Numbered from the stretch's first letter, positions 12,238-33,625 are shown. The stretch is DNA of 64,000 nucleotides from Eledone cirrhosa (GCA_964016885.1 OZ024748.1:32798001-32862000); one strand, 5' to 3'. Notes: a model not told the origin generated them from the letters alone. Translations and numbers: made by a program.

Positions 12238-15200
12238 TTTTTCAGTTATAATATAAAGCGCTCAACGGTATTGGAGCAAAATATATGCAAAAGTTTTATT
12301 TAAGATTGTTGGGTTACAACGAGTAAATATTTTATAACTGATATAAAAGCACTCAACGGTTTCTGGAGTAGGTTTACGATATTAAACAAATGGAAACTAT
12401 ATTTATAAAACCATATTTATTTCGTTATATATATTTCTGGGATATCATATTAAAAATATGGTATGCCTTCCTCAGACAAAATACAATACATAAGCTGTTT
12501 TATAAATAATTAGTGACATACCTTGTAATAATGCAACTTCCATTTAAAAAGTTGATTTGGTAGTGAAACTGTTATGACAGTTATTTAGAAAGAAAAACGA
12601 AGATGAGAAGAAGAAGATGAAGAGATGTATGTAAATAAAAAAAGAAGAAGATGAAGAGATGTATGTAAAGAAAAACAACGGAGCGAGATAGAGAAACAAG
12701 GAGATATGATAGAGAGAAATACATTGAGGAGGTGAAAAAATATAGTAGGCTGCCTTTGGACAGATGATCATCGTATATGTGAGAGGTTAAGGGAAAGGAT
12801 ACAGTTAAACGAGTGTATAGGAGAAAAAGAAAGAAAGATGATATATTTAAAATATATTAAAAATATATTATGTCTCATCCATTTGAATTATCAATTTTTA
12901 TGAATTAGGTATTATAATGTAAATATCAGTATTCATGAATGAGACACATATCCAAAATGTGTGAAAAAATGACCACATGCTCGGTTTAAAAATTCTTAGG
13001 TCTATAAGCAAAATCTGAGATAAAACTTCAAACATAAGTATATATGCATTCTCGTGAAAAAAAAAGAGAAAAGAGAAGGTTATCTCAAATTCAAGTTGAT
13101 AAATATAGACGCACATGTGAACCTACGTGATACGCTGCACCGATTCTTATATTTCATGAAAAACTTCAATGCGTTACAAAAGATTCCACCCTACATACAC
13201 TTACATACATATATACACTTACTTACATATATATAGACATAAAATATATAAGATATACATTAACATCTAAAATAACATTTCAGCCTCACTTGCATGATCA
13301 TCGATCAAGCATAGAGTAGACAACAGATATCAATATTAAAATTAAAAACGCCAAGAATATCTTCGTCACTCCACAGAGTATCTAAGGACGCAAGAGAACA
13401 TATTATGCCCCGCATATCGGTCACATAGAATCAGAATCAAAAGCAAACAAAACCAAAATTGTTCACCAAGCCTTATTTAGCAGAAATCATTCAAAACTTA
13501 TTCTACAAATGCTCTTATATTTATTATAGAAGTTTATCCAGCTTAAAAATTTATTCAAAAGATTGGGAACAACGCCAATTTTAGGGTAGTTTATTTAATC
13601 TCATTAATTATATATTCATGCAGAAAGGTTTAAAAAAAAATTGAAGGAATCGAAAGATTTATCGCCAAGTTTCATAAATAGTCAAATACCTTAAGTAAAT
13701 ATACTACATTTTATACTACATTTTAAATTTATATTTATATTTAAATGTTGAGTTCAATCTATGTCTGCAACAGCTGAATAAATTGGTTCGTAAATTAAGG
13801 GAATTTTTAGATTTTAGTATAAAGAATATCTCCTCCGCGCAGAGGTCACATTTGGCTAGGTTTTAGATTCCTATTATTTATTCTATTAATATTTTGTGCT
13901 ATTTTTTGTGCTATTTTTTAATGCTCTAGACAAACGCTTCCCTAGAACACATAAGTATCACTCAATTTTTAATAGACATATTATAAAATTAACGTACTCG
14001 TCCACCAAAAATTTAGCACAAAATATTAATAGAATAAATAATAGGAATCTAAAACCTAGCCAAAATACCGAAAATAGCCTAAACAATATTCAACTAAAAA
14101 ACTGTAACTGTAGAGATAGATCTAAATGTCCGCTAAATAACAATTGCTTAGTTAAAAATATAATATACAACTGTAATGTTAGAACTGATTTAAATTCTTT
14201 TCATTATGTTGGTTCCACCTCGACAGAATTTAAACTTCGCTATAATAATCACAAAAGTTCTTTCACGGATCCAAATAAAAATCCTCAACATCGCTGTCAG
14301 GGTTACTCTGGCAACTTAAGCATGATAAAGTTGGATATTCGATGGTTTGGAATATAGTCTCAAAAGGGATTCCTTTTAATTCCTCTTCTGAGACATGTGA
14401 CCTCTGCGCGGAGGAGATATTCTTTATACTAAAATCTAAAAATTCCCTTAATTTACGAACCAATTTATTCAGCTGTTGCAGACATAGATTGAACTCAACA
14501 TTTAAATATAAATATAAATTTAAAATGTAGTATAAAATGTAGTATATTTACTTAAGGTATTTGACTATTTATGAAACTTGGCGATAAATCTTTCGATTCC
14601 TTCAATTTTTTTTTAAACCTTTCTGCATGAATATATAATTAATGAGATTAAATAAACTACCCTAAAATTGGCGTTGTTCCCAATCTTTTGAATAAATTTT
14701 TAAGCTGGATAAACTTCTATAATAAATATAAGAGCATTTGTAGAATAAGTTTTGAATGATTTCTGCTAAATAAGGCTTGGTGAACAATTTTGGTTTTGTT
14801 TGCTTTTGATTCTGATTCTATGTGACCGATATGCGGGGCATAATATGTTCTCTTGCGTCCCTAGATACTCTGTGGAGTGACGAAGATATTCTTGGCGTTT
14901 TTAATTTTAATATTGATATCTGTTGTCTACTCTATGCTTGATCGATGATCATGCAAGTGAGGCTGAAATGTTATTTTAGATGTTAATGTATATCTTATAT
15001 ATTTTATGTCTATATATATGTAAGTAAGTGTATATATGTATGTAAGTGTATGTAGGGTGGAATCTTTTGTAACGCATTGAAGTTTTTCATGAAATATAAG
15101 AATCTGTGCAGCGTATCACGTAGGTTCACATGTGCGTCTATATTTATCAACTTGAATTTGAGATAACCTTCTCTTTTCTCTTTTTTTTCACGAGAATGCA

Positions 15201-15868
15201 TATATACTTATGTTTGAAGTTTTATCTCAGATTTTGCTTATAGACCTAAGAATTTTTAAACTGAGCATGTGGTCATTTTTTCACACATTATGGATATGTG
15301 TCTCATTCATGAATACTGATATTTACATTATAATACCTAATTCATAAAAATTGATAATTCAAATGGATGAGACATAATATATTTTTAATATATTTTAAAT
15401 ATATCATCTTTCTTTCTTTTTCTCCTATACACTAGTTTAACTGTATCCCTTCCCTTAACCTCTCACATATACGATGATCATCTGTCCAAAGGCAGCCTAC
15501 TATATTTTTTCACCTCCTCAATGTATTTCTCTCTATCATATCTCCTTGTTTCTCTATCTCGCTCCGTTGTTTTTCTTTACATACATCTCTTCATCTTCTT
15601 CTTTTTTTATTTACATACATCTCTTCATCTTCTTCTTCTCATCTTCGTTTTTCTTTCTATATAACTGTCATAACAGTTTCACTACCAAATCAACTTTTTA
15701 AATGGAAGTTGCATTATTACAAGGTATGTCACTAATTATTTATAAAACAGCTTATGTATTGTATTTTGTCTGAGGAAGGCATACCATATTTTTAATATGA
15801 TATCCCAGAAATATATATAACGAAATAAATATGGTTTTATAAATATAGTTTCCATTTGTTTAATATCG

Positions 15869-15907
<39 letters not shown>

Positions 15908-15990
15908 ACATATATACATATATATATATATATACATATATGTATATCTATATCTATATATATATATATGTATATATATACAAATATATA

Positions 15991-16145
<155 letters not shown>

Positions 16146-16176
16146 CATATATATATATGTATGTATGTATATTTAT

Positions 16177-16409
16177 TCTCTCGTTCACGATTCCACCGAA
16201 TTTATATTCATAGAAATCTGGGACTTGTTTCTTCTTCATCACTTTCTGCTGCTTAAACCATTTTGTCTGTTTACCATAGCGTCCCCTTTATTTACGTGTC
16301 CCAACGACTTTTTTAGCCGTTGCTCGCACCAACCTGAGGTATATGGCCTTTAATGCGACGAAATGCCTACGACGGTTGGAAGGCCACTGATGAGGATAAA
16401 CTTTTTCAT
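16177..16409 (+). mobile_element. Solo diverged copy of the permuted-hammerhead repeat
   Basis: Aligns by eye with ~23190-23428; TA-flanked. Confidence 0.8.
16329..16394 (+). ncRNA. Non-circularly permuted hammerhead with predicted k-turn (variant)
   Basis: ccaacc tGA ggta TA tggcctt taatgcga c GAAA tgcc tac GA c ggttgg aaggcca CTGATGA g. Confidence 0.75.
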
Positions 16410-16428
16410 ATATATATATATATATATA

Positions 16429-16980
<552 letters not shown>

Positions 16981-17006
16981 ATATATACATATACATATAT
17001 ATATAC

Positions 17007-17083
<77 letters not shown>

Positions 17084-17086
17084 CAT

Positions 17087-17789
17087 ATGAAACAGTTACG
17101 TAGGTTTTTTAAAAACTTTACTCTAAGTATTACCATAGATGCAAATGATAAAACAGTAAACTTCCTAGACGCCACCCTTGACCTAGAAAGTAAAACATTT
17201 GCACCCTACCATAAACCTAACGATAGACTAACATATGTAAACGCCAGCTCTAACCACCCCAAATCAGTCCTAAACGCTATTCCCAAGGGGGTCTCTAATA
17301 GAATTAGCAGACTGTCCTGTAATGAGAGTATCTTCAACTCCAATGCAGAGTATTATGACAAGGCCCTAGCAGAATCTGGTTACGGGAGTAGATTATCATA
17401 TATACATAAGGACTCCCAAACCATGAGTGTGAAACCTACCAACATAATCACACATAATATGGCCACAAAGCCTAACCAACTTAGAGGCAAGAATAATAGT
17501 AAGAACCCTAATGGCGGTAACCCAGCTAAACGTAAACCGCGTAAAGACAATACTAGAGTCCCTCACCACAACTCTAAAACAGTAAATGATCACGCCATGA
17601 ATATAAACCATCCGGGCTTAAGCAAAACAGACAACGCCACTAACGTTAATAACGGAACCCTACAAAATAGTACGCACCGTAGCGAGACTCACCCCACAGA
17701 TAAGAAAAATAGAAGAAGGAAAAACATGTATTTTAACCTACCTTTTAACTCTGAGGTCCTCACTAACCTCCCCAGAGTATTCTTCTCAT
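17087..17789 (+). pseudogene. Naiad-like PLE fragment (RT thumb and linker), second family
   Basis: [10 protein letters not shown]...PYHKPN...YVNASSNHP...RISRLS...YFNLPF; ends at the assembly gap. Confidence 0.85.
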
Positions 17790-17989
17790 NNNNNNNNNNN
17801 NNNNNNNNNNNNNNNNNNNNNNNNNNNNNNNNNNNNNNNNNNNNNNNNNNNNNNNNNNNNNNNNNNNNNNNNNNNNNNNNNNNNNNNNNNNNNNNNNNNN
17901 NNNNNNNNNNNNNNNNNNNNNNNNNNNNNNNNNNNNNNNNNNNNNNNNNNNNNNNNNNNNNNNNNNNNNNNNNNNNNNNNNNNNNNNNN
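17790..17989. other. Assembly gap (200 N)
   Basis: Run of n. Confidence 1.
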
Positions 17990-19499
17990 ATATAGTAATC
18001 TATTTGATATTAATATGGGTTCAAGCGATTCTGCCCAAATTACTGATCTTGTGGGCCTCTTTCTTCTTTTTAACATAAATGCTTCCTTTCCCCACCTTAA
18101 AGGTGGTTTATATCGTGATGACTGTCTTCTTCTTTCCAACAACCTTAGCCTCTCAGGAATAGAAAAAAATAAAAAGCTTATTAGAACTTTCCTTAAAGAC
18201 TATTATAGTCTTGATATTACTTTTGAAAACACAAGTAGTTAATTTCCTAGATATAACTTTAGACTTGGCTACGGGTATCTACCAACCTTACCATAAACCC
18301 AACCAAAACTTACACTACATACACTCACAATCTAATCACCATAAATCTATCCTTAAAAACCTTGCATATAATATATCACTTAGAATTTCTAACCTTTCGT
18401 CTAACCAAGATGTATTTGATAAAAATGCGACCTTCTATAACGAAGCTCTAGATAGAAGTGGCCACAAAAATAGATTGGAATATATACCTTCTACTAATAA
18501 CACTATAAACATACAACCTAATATTACCAACAAACACCAAATGAAAAGTACACACTTAAATGCCACTCACACTATACCCCAAAATACCAACATAAAACCA
18601 AATTTCTCTAACTCCTCTAATATAAAGTATAGTAACTCTCAAAAAACTACTCATCATACAACTCTAATAAATGTTAATAATAAAACTCCTAATAAACAAG
18701 CTAAAACACCTAAATCAATAAACCTATCTAAAAATGTGCGTGGTGAGATCATTAACATTAATCCTCCTAGTAAACATCAGGATGCATCCTATAATAAGAA
18801 TAAACAACATAGAAACCGTAATAGACGAGTTACTTGGTATAATGCTCCATTTAATTTACAAATTAAGGATAATATACCTAAAAAAAATTTTAATATCCTA
18901 GAGAAAAACTTCCCGCCAAACCACAAATACCAACAAATCTTAAATAGATCAACAGTTAAATTCTCATACTCAACAACCGAAAACATAAAACAAAATATAA
19001 GTGCCTATAATGCATATAAATGTAAAAAAACCATAAGTATACCACCAATACATCAAACTAACCATAATATCTCCTCAAATACAGAATTAACAAAAGGTGG
19101 TAACTGTAGAAACAAGGCAAACTGCCCATTAAAAGGAATTGTCTTGTTAACAACATAGTTTATAAATGTAAGGTTAAAACTAAGGATTCTATTTGCTCAT
19201 ATATAGGAGCTACTTCTAACAATTTTAAGGTAAGTTTTAATACCCACAAACATAGTTTTAAAATGCCGCACTGGCTAATACAACATCTCTAGCAGAAAAA
19301 ATTAATAGTTATAGAAATAAGAATATAGAATATGATATGACCTGGAGTGTGCTCAAAGAGCCACCCTTATCAAAATAATAGAAATGAATGTAGATTGTGT
19401 TCCCAAGAACTATTTGAAATAATGAAATCTAAGGATATCCTATTAAATAAGCGACAGGAATTAATTATATCGTGTAATCATAAACTCAGAAAAACATTT

Positions 19500-20150
19500 A
19501 AATATTATAAACCAAATTAATAATGTATATTTTAGAAATTAATATATAAATTAATTTTAATGTAGCTAACCTATAATTTTAATTTAATTAAAATTCTACT
19601 ACAGATGAAATAAAAAAATATCGTATAATGTGAAAAACATTTAAATATTATTAACATAATTAATATATACTTTGGAAATTAATATATAGATTAATTTTAG
19701 TTTATTTAACCTATTATTAAAATTCTTTTACAGATGAAATACAACAAAATATCGTGTAATTAATAACGGAGAAATACTTTTTAATATTATAAACCTAATT
19801 AATATACAATTTAGAAATTAGTTTATAAATTAATTTTAATTTAGTTAACCTATAATTTTAATTTAGTTAGCTTATAATTAAAATTCTAATACAGATGGAT
19901 TGCAGAATATCGTGTAATTATAAACTGAGAAAAACTATTAAATATATACCTAATTAATATACACTTTACAAATTAATATATAGATTAATTTTAATTTAGT
20001 TAACCTATAATTAAAATTCTACTATAGATAAAATACAAAATTTTGCTTTAATTATTATAAACCTAATTAACATATACTATAGAAATGAATATATAATTTT
20101 TAATTTAGTTAACCTATAATTAATATTCTACTACCGATGAAATACTTAAT
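19500..20150 (+). repeat. AT-rich minisatellite, ~5 diverged units of ~120-140 bp, starting at the PLE stop codon
   Basis: Recurring aacctataatt...aaaattctactacagatgaaata and ttataaacctaattaatata. Confidence 0.75.
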
Positions 20151-20377
20151 TTGGCTTTCCCTATTACAAAATTCATTTCCTAAAATTGATACCATCATGT
20201 TAATATATGTAATTATTTTTAATTTAGTTATGCTATAATTAATACTCTACTACTGTTTAACTTCAAAATGGATGTATGTATGTGTATGTAAGTGTGTATG
20301 TATGTTTGTGTGTTTGTATGTGAGTACAAAAATACATATGTGGCGCATGTAAATGTGTGTGTATGAGTGTATATATC

Positions 20378-20408
<31 letters not shown>

Positions 20409-20493
20409 GTGTATGTATGTATGTGTATGTATATGTATTTGTAGAGATGTGTGTATGTATGTGTATATATGTGCATATGTGTCTGACTGTGTG

Positions 20494-20529
<36 letters not shown>

Positions 20530-20616
20530 ATGTATGTCTCTATATATATGTATGTCTGAGTGTGTGTGTGTGTGTGGTTGTGTATATATACATGGGTATG
20601 TGTGTGTATGTGTATG

Positions 20617-20653
<37 letters not shown>

Positions 20654-21523
20654 ATATATATATATATGTATGTGTGTGTATATATATATATATATATATC
20701 GGTGTGTATTTATATGTATGGGTATATGTTTTACTTATTTTTATGTGTATGCATACAAACAGGTTAATATGCGTGAGGTTAAGTATGTGTATGTGAGTGT
20801 GTGTACGTATGTATGTATCGAACGTATGGATGTGTAAATGTGCGTATGTATATAAGCATGTATATTTTATGTCTCTCTTTTATGTTTTTTTATATTTCTT
20901 TTGTGAGACATTCGCGTCTATCTATGTACGCACCCCCCCCCTATTTTTTTGTTCCCCCTTTTTTGAGTTTTTTCCTTCTATAAAATTTTTTTTTTATTTC
21001 TAACTTTATGGATACATTTTTATAAGTATGTCGAGATTGACACTTTCCTTTAATTACTTACTCCCTTACCTCCTTTACTTCTGCATCTAATGTAAGTGTG
21101 TGTGGGCGTGTTTATGTGAGCGCCTCAATATCCATATAGTTATAATAATAATGTATATGTATGTGTGTGTGTATGTGTGTGTGTATATATATATATGTAT
21201 ATGTATGTATATATATGTGTATATATATATGTATGTGTATGCATGTATGTATATGTGTATATATATATATATATTCTGTCTGTAGATTGTAGACATACAG
21301 ATACATTAGCCCTAAATGTTTATATTTACATACACTTTTTCAACATACGTATACATATGAACATACATTTTTATGCACATCTGTGAACGGATTTAGATAC
21401 ATATATACACACACCTAACTGTATTTTCTTGATAAATTTGTATGTATTTCATTGGTCTATTTAAAATCTGTTCCCAAACAGACCTGTAATTTTGAATTGT
21501 TGTTATTATCAATAAATATGCAT

Positions 21524-21662
21524 CATTATTTCTGAAGACAGCATATATATGTGAAGGTATGTATATTCTCTTTGATAGTTGTATAATTTTGTACATAGAT
21601 CTTTTAAATATGCATAACAATTCTAACACATATATGTCCTAGAAAACGATCGTAAAATAATG
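21524..21662 (+). ncRNA. Type I hammerhead with a ~100-nt extended stem II (also - strand ~31028-31168, 46208-46356, 46782-46930; 3' half at ~34395-34466)
   Basis: cattattt CTGAAGA cagcatatatatgtg...cacatatatgtccta GAAA(a) cgatcg TA aaataatg; palindromic stem III. Confidence 0.75.
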
Positions 21663-21729
21663 AACTTTTTTTGTTTAATATAGGGAACTGTTTCTTTGTT
21701 TATTCATTATTTTTTTAATATTTTATATG

Positions 21730-21784
<55 letters not shown>

Positions 21785-21843
21785 ATATATATATATATGT
21801 ATGTATATATATATATATGTATGTATGTATATATATATGTATG

Positions 21844-21880
<37 letters not shown>

Positions 21881-22008
21881 ATATATATATATATATGTAT
21901 ATGTATATATGTATATATATATATATATATGTATGTATATATATATGTATACATATATATATGTATATATATATGTATACATATATATATGTATATATAT
22001 ATGTATAC

Positions 22009-22039
<31 letters not shown>

Positions 22040-22103
22040 ATATATATGTATACATATATATATGTATATATATATGTATACATATATATATGTATATATA
22101 TAT

Positions 22104-22150
<47 letters not shown>

Positions 22151-22163
22151 CATATATATATAT

Positions 22164-22196
<33 letters not shown>

Positions 22197-22220
22197 CATA
22201 CATATATATATATATATACA

Positions 22221-22259
<39 letters not shown>

Positions 22260-22314
22260 CCCAGTACAACCTGTATATATATATATACATAACATGTATC
22301 CCAGTACAACCTGT

Positions 22315-22872
22315 CCAATGGTCGGGTCGTTGGCGACTAAACTGGCAACCCCACCAAGGTTTCTTGGTGAGGAGGGTGACTTTGGACATCCTGCAGGACT
22401 AAAAACAAAACCTGTCAAAGGGCAAAGGAGCTCTTAAGAGTCAATGGCCATCCAAAATCACCGGGAGAGATGACCCCTTAGCCTTTGTCAAGGCAGAATT
22501 CTAGGAGAAGGAAAACTCTGATATAACACCTGCAACCCTGATGGTATCCAATGATGTTGACTTGTTCTTCTTTTTGGTAAATATCATCTTGGTTAAGAGA
22601 GTGGGACTGGCTTTGTGCAGTGCCTTTGCTCACTATAAAAGCTTCACGGCACAGGCATTGCTTTATATCTGGAGATCTCTCTGCACTTGTCGTCACATGG
22701 TACCATGGGCCCAGCACTATGTGTCAGTAATTGTCACAAGTGTAGTGTTTGTACCAGAGTTTTCAAGTCGCTGGCTGGACTAAAAAGTCACACTCGTTCA
22801 GCGCATCGGTAGGGGTTCTCCTACATGGATATAAAGTAGTGGCCGTACTCGAAAACGAGTTGGCAGCCACCA
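22315..22872 (+). mobile_element. Short RTE-derived non-autonomous element ending in a C2H2 finger remnant and 3' stem-loop (copies 37810-38290 +, 34106-34340 -, 36528-36762 -)
   Basis: 22741-22812 encodes [23 protein letters not shown]; 3' end ctcgaaaacgag...gcagccacca(TA)n is shared by all four copies, 5' ends variably truncated. Confidence 0.65.
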
Positions 22873-22892
22873 TATATATATATATATGTATC

Positions 22893-22929
<37 letters not shown>

Positions 22930-22960
22930 GTATGTATATATATATATATATACATGTATG

Positions 22961-22999
<39 letters not shown>

Positions 23000-23004
23000 G
23001 TATG

Positions 23005-23044
<40 letters not shown>

Positions 23045-23074
23045 TATCTATATATATATATATATATATGTATG

Positions 23075-23158
<84 letters not shown>

Positions 23159-23160
23159 TA

Positions 23161-24355
<1,195 letters not shown>

Positions 24356-24360
24356 CATAC

Positions 24361-24401
<41 letters not shown>

Positions 24402-24405
24402 CACA

Positions 24406-24439
<34 letters not shown>

Positions 24440-24445
24440 CATACA

Positions 24446-24519
<74 letters not shown>

Positions 24520-24562
24520 CATATATATATGTATATATATATATATACATATATATATATAC

Positions 24563-24665
<103 letters not shown>

Positions 24666-24672
24666 ATATACA

Positions 24673-24756
<84 letters not shown>

Positions 24757-24863
24757 CATATATATATGTATACATATATATATACATACATATATATATA
24801 CATACATATATATATATATATATACATATATATACATACATATATATATATATATATACATAG

Positions 24864-24917
<54 letters not shown>

Positions 24918-24921
24918 ATAC

Positions 24922-27464
<2,543 letters not shown>

Positions 27465-27535
27465 GTATATATATATATGTATATATATATATGTATATAT
27501 ATATATGTATATATATATATGTATATATATATATG

Positions 27536-27612
<77 letters not shown>

Positions 27613-27635
27613 GTCTATATATATATGTCTATATA

Positions 27636-27718
<83 letters not shown>

Positions 27719-27730
27719 GTATATATGTAT

Positions 27731-27780
<50 letters not shown>

Positions 27781-27791
27781 ATATATATATG

Positions 27792-27830
<39 letters not shown>

Positions 27831-27832
<2 letters not shown>

Positions 27833-28300
27833 GATATTAAATAAATGGAAACTATATTTATAAAACCATATTTATTTCATTATATATATTTCAGGGATAT
27901 CACATTAACAATATGTTATGCCTTCTTCAGACAAAATACAATATAGACAGTTTTATAGATAAATAGATTTGACATACCGTTCAACATCGACTTGTATTTG
28001 AAAAAGTTGATTTGGCAGATTTCACTGCCAAATCAACTTTTTCAAATACAAGTCGATGTTGAACGGTATGTCAAATCTATTTATCTATAAAACTGTCTAT
28101 ATTGTATTTTGTCTGAAGAAGGCATAACATATTGTTAATGTGATATCCCTGAAATATATATAATGAAATAAATATGGTTTTATAAATATAGTTTCCATTT
28201 ATTTAATACCGTAAATATACTCCAAATACTTGTTGAGTGCTTTTTATATCAGTTATAAATATTTACTAGTTGTAACCCTACAATTTAAATATAACTTTCC

Positions 28301-28301
<1 letters not shown>
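27831..28301. mobile_element. Fold-back (inverted) solo pLTR of a Naiad-like family with two HHRs
   Basis: ~185-bp near-perfect arms around the loop at ~28019-28024 (ttggcag-atttca-ctgccaa). Confidence 0.88.
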
Positions 28302-28363
<62 letters not shown>

Positions 28364-28384
28364 ATATATATATGTATATGTATG

Positions 28385-28447
<63 letters not shown>

Positions 28448-28535
28448 ATATATATATATATGTATGTATGTATATATATATATATATATTGTATGTATAT
28501 ATATATATATATGTGTATGTATATATATATATATA

Positions 28536-28604
<69 letters not shown>

Positions 28605-28725
28605 ATATATATATATATGTATGTATATATATATATATATGTATGTATATATATATATATATATAATATATATATATATTTATGTATGTATATTATATAT
28701 ATATATATATATATGTATGTATATG

Positions 28726-28788
<63 letters not shown>

Positions 28789-28841
28789 GTATGTATATAT
28801 ATATAAATATATGTATGTATATATATATATATATATGTATG

Positions 28842-28925
<84 letters not shown>

Positions 28926-28930
28926 GTATA

Positions 28931-29017
<87 letters not shown>

Positions 29018-29028
29018 GTATATATATG

Positions 29029-29118
<90 letters not shown>

Positions 29119-29166
29119 CATATATATATACATATATATATACATATATATATTATATATAATACA

Positions 29167-29232
<66 letters not shown>

Positions 29233-29342
29233 TATATATATATATACATACATATATATATATATATATACATACATATATATATATATATATACAATAC
29301 ATATATATATATATATATATACATACATATATATATATATAT

Positions 29343-29399
<57 letters not shown>

Positions 29400-29415
29400 C
29401 ATACATATATATACA

Positions 29416-29523
<108 letters not shown>

Positions 29524-29564
29524 CATATAATATAATATATATATATATATATATACATATATAC

Positions 29565-29605
<41 letters not shown>

Positions 29606-29614
29606 CATAAACAT

Positions 29615-30019
29615 ATCAATCAAAATTGTTTTGACCATAGTCTTTGCTGGAGCCACTTTTCTAACATTTTAACATAAAAACAGTCTTGGCGCAAATCAAC
29701 TTTTTACATTCACATGACCTCTACCGACCAATCAAATTGTTTTGACCACAAGCATTTTTACAACACAAAATAACGCTGGAGCCATTTTTTTAACATAAAA
29801 ACAGGTAGAATTCCCAAACTAATCAGATCAGAGCAAACAGCACGGACACTCTATCTCAAAATTATTTTTGAAAAGCATTTAGAATGCGCAACCGGTAAAA
29901 ACTTAAAACTTAAAACCACAACTGAATACTAACCATACAATCACTAATACTCTTTTATTCCTAATTAAACCATTTTTCAACTGTGAACAATTTGTCAGCA
30001 TTTTCTATTCCGTTTACCA

Positions 30020-30021
<2 letters not shown>
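29615..30021 (+). mobile_element. Solo pLTR of the Neptune-like element (further fragment at 38695-38808)
   Basis: Matches ~43690-44113. Confidence 0.85.
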
Positions 30022-30056
<35 letters not shown>

Positions 30057-30061
30057 TATAA

Positions 30062-30190
<129 letters not shown>

Positions 30191-30223
30191 CATATATACA
30201 TATATATTATATTATATATATAC

Positions 30224-30318
<95 letters not shown>

Positions 30319-30413
30319 CATATATATATATATATATACATACATATATATATATATATATATACATACAATATATATATATATATATTACATACATATA
30401 TATAGATATATAT

Positions 30414-30452
<39 letters not shown>

Positions 30453-30463
30453 CATATATATAT

Positions 30464-30494
<31 letters not shown>

Positions 30495-30518
30495 TACATA
30501 TACATGTATATATATATG

Positions 30519-30554
<36 letters not shown>

Positions 30555-30568
30555 TATTATATATATAC

Positions 30569-30615
<47 letters not shown>

Positions 30616-30643
30616 CATATATATATATAACATATATATATAC

Positions 30644-31420
<777 letters not shown>

Positions 31421-31434
31421 TATATATATATGTA

Positions 31435-31511
<77 letters not shown>

Positions 31512-31527
31512 ATATTATATATATATG

Positions 31528-31596
<69 letters not shown>

Positions 31597-31638
31597 AATA
31601 TATATATATATATATATATATATGTATAAATATATATG

Positions 31639-31669
<31 letters not shown>

Positions 31670-31786
31670 GTATATTATATATAATGTATATATATATATA
31701 TATACATATATAATATATATACATATATATATACATGTATATGTAATATATATATATATATATGTATATATGTATATATATATATG

Positions 31787-31831
<45 letters not shown>

Positions 31832-31846
31832 ATATATATATCTATA

Positions 31847-31886
<40 letters not shown>

Positions 31887-31937
31887 ATATATATATATAT
31901 ATATATGTATGTAATATATTATATATATATCTGTATG

Positions 31938-32025
<88 letters not shown>

Positions 32026-32077
32026 GTATATATGTATATATATATATATATGTATATATGTATATATATATATATAT

Positions 32078-32116
<39 letters not shown>

Positions 32117-32159
32117 ATGTTATATATATATGTATATATATTATATATTTATATATATG

Positions 32160-32193
<34 letters not shown>

Positions 32194-32248
32194 ATATATA
32201 TTATATATATATGTATATATATAATATATATATATGTATATATGTATT

Positions 32249-32279
<31 letters not shown>

Positions 32280-32299
32280 ATATAATATATGTATATATG

Positions 32300-32378
<79 letters not shown>

Positions 32379-32390
32379 TATATATATATA

Positions 32391-32440
<50 letters not shown>

Positions 32441-32476
32441 ATATAATATATATATGTATATATATATATATATAGT

Positions 32477-32508
<32 letters not shown>

Positions 32509-32556
32509 TATGTATAATATATGTATATATATATATATGTATATATATATTATATG

Positions 32557-32587
<31 letters not shown>

Positions 32588-32633
32588 GTATAGATATATG
32601 TATATATATATATATGTATATATTATATATATG

Positions 32634-32699
<66 letters not shown>

Positions 32700-32704
32700 T
32701 ATAC

Positions 32705-32762
<58 letters not shown>

Positions 32763-32768
32763 GTATAC

Positions 32769-32802
<34 letters not shown>

Positions 32803-32830
32803 CATATATATACATATATATATACATTAT

Positions 32831-32879
<49 letters not shown>

Positions 32880-32885
32880 ATATAC

Positions 32886-32943
<58 letters not shown>

Positions 32944-32995
32944 CATATATATATATATATATATATACATACATATATATATATATATACATACC

Positions 32996-33054
<59 letters not shown>

Positions 33055-33105
33055 CATATATATATACATATATATATATACATATATATATATACATATA
33101 TATAT

Positions 33106-33220
<115 letters not shown>

Positions 33221-33227
33221 TATACAC

Positions 33228-33341
<114 letters not shown>

Positions 33342-33625
33342 TATACACATATATATATACATATATATATATATATACATATATATATACATATATATAT
33401 ATATACATATATATATACATATATATATATATAATACATATAATACATATATATATACATATATATATACATATATATATACATATATATATACATATAT
33501 ATATTACATATATATATACATATATATATACATATATATATATATACATATATATATACATATATATATACATATATATATATATATACATATATATATA
33601 CATATATATATATACATATATATAC

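Larger units (their letters stand above)
8579..15869 (-). mobile_element. Near-intact Naiad-like PLE: full ORF copy, upstream partial tandem copy (12287-13850) and inverted 3' copy (~13905-15869, +)
   Basis: 8579-10140 is repeated at 12287-13850 and in reverse complement at ~14395-15869; three HHRs; (TA)n at both ends. Confidence 0.92.
17990..21725 (+). mobile_element. Frameshifted Naiad-like PLE (RT 3' half to GIY-YIG, 18015-19520) with long 3' UTR and HHR
   Basis: MGSSDSAQITDLVG, GLYRDD, VNFLDITLDL, NCRNKANCPL, VY...YIGATS, CRLC...LNKR...CNH; linking the distal UTR and HHR to this ORF is an inference. Confidence 0.8.

Noticed and set aside
17087-19158. One continuous PLE across the N gap
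   Set aside because: Both sides encode the same thumb region with different sequences, so they are two different elements.
19500-20150. Regularly spaced repeats as a CRISPR-like array
   Set aside because: Whole units are homologous with no unique spacers, the context is eukaryotic, and there are no cas genes.
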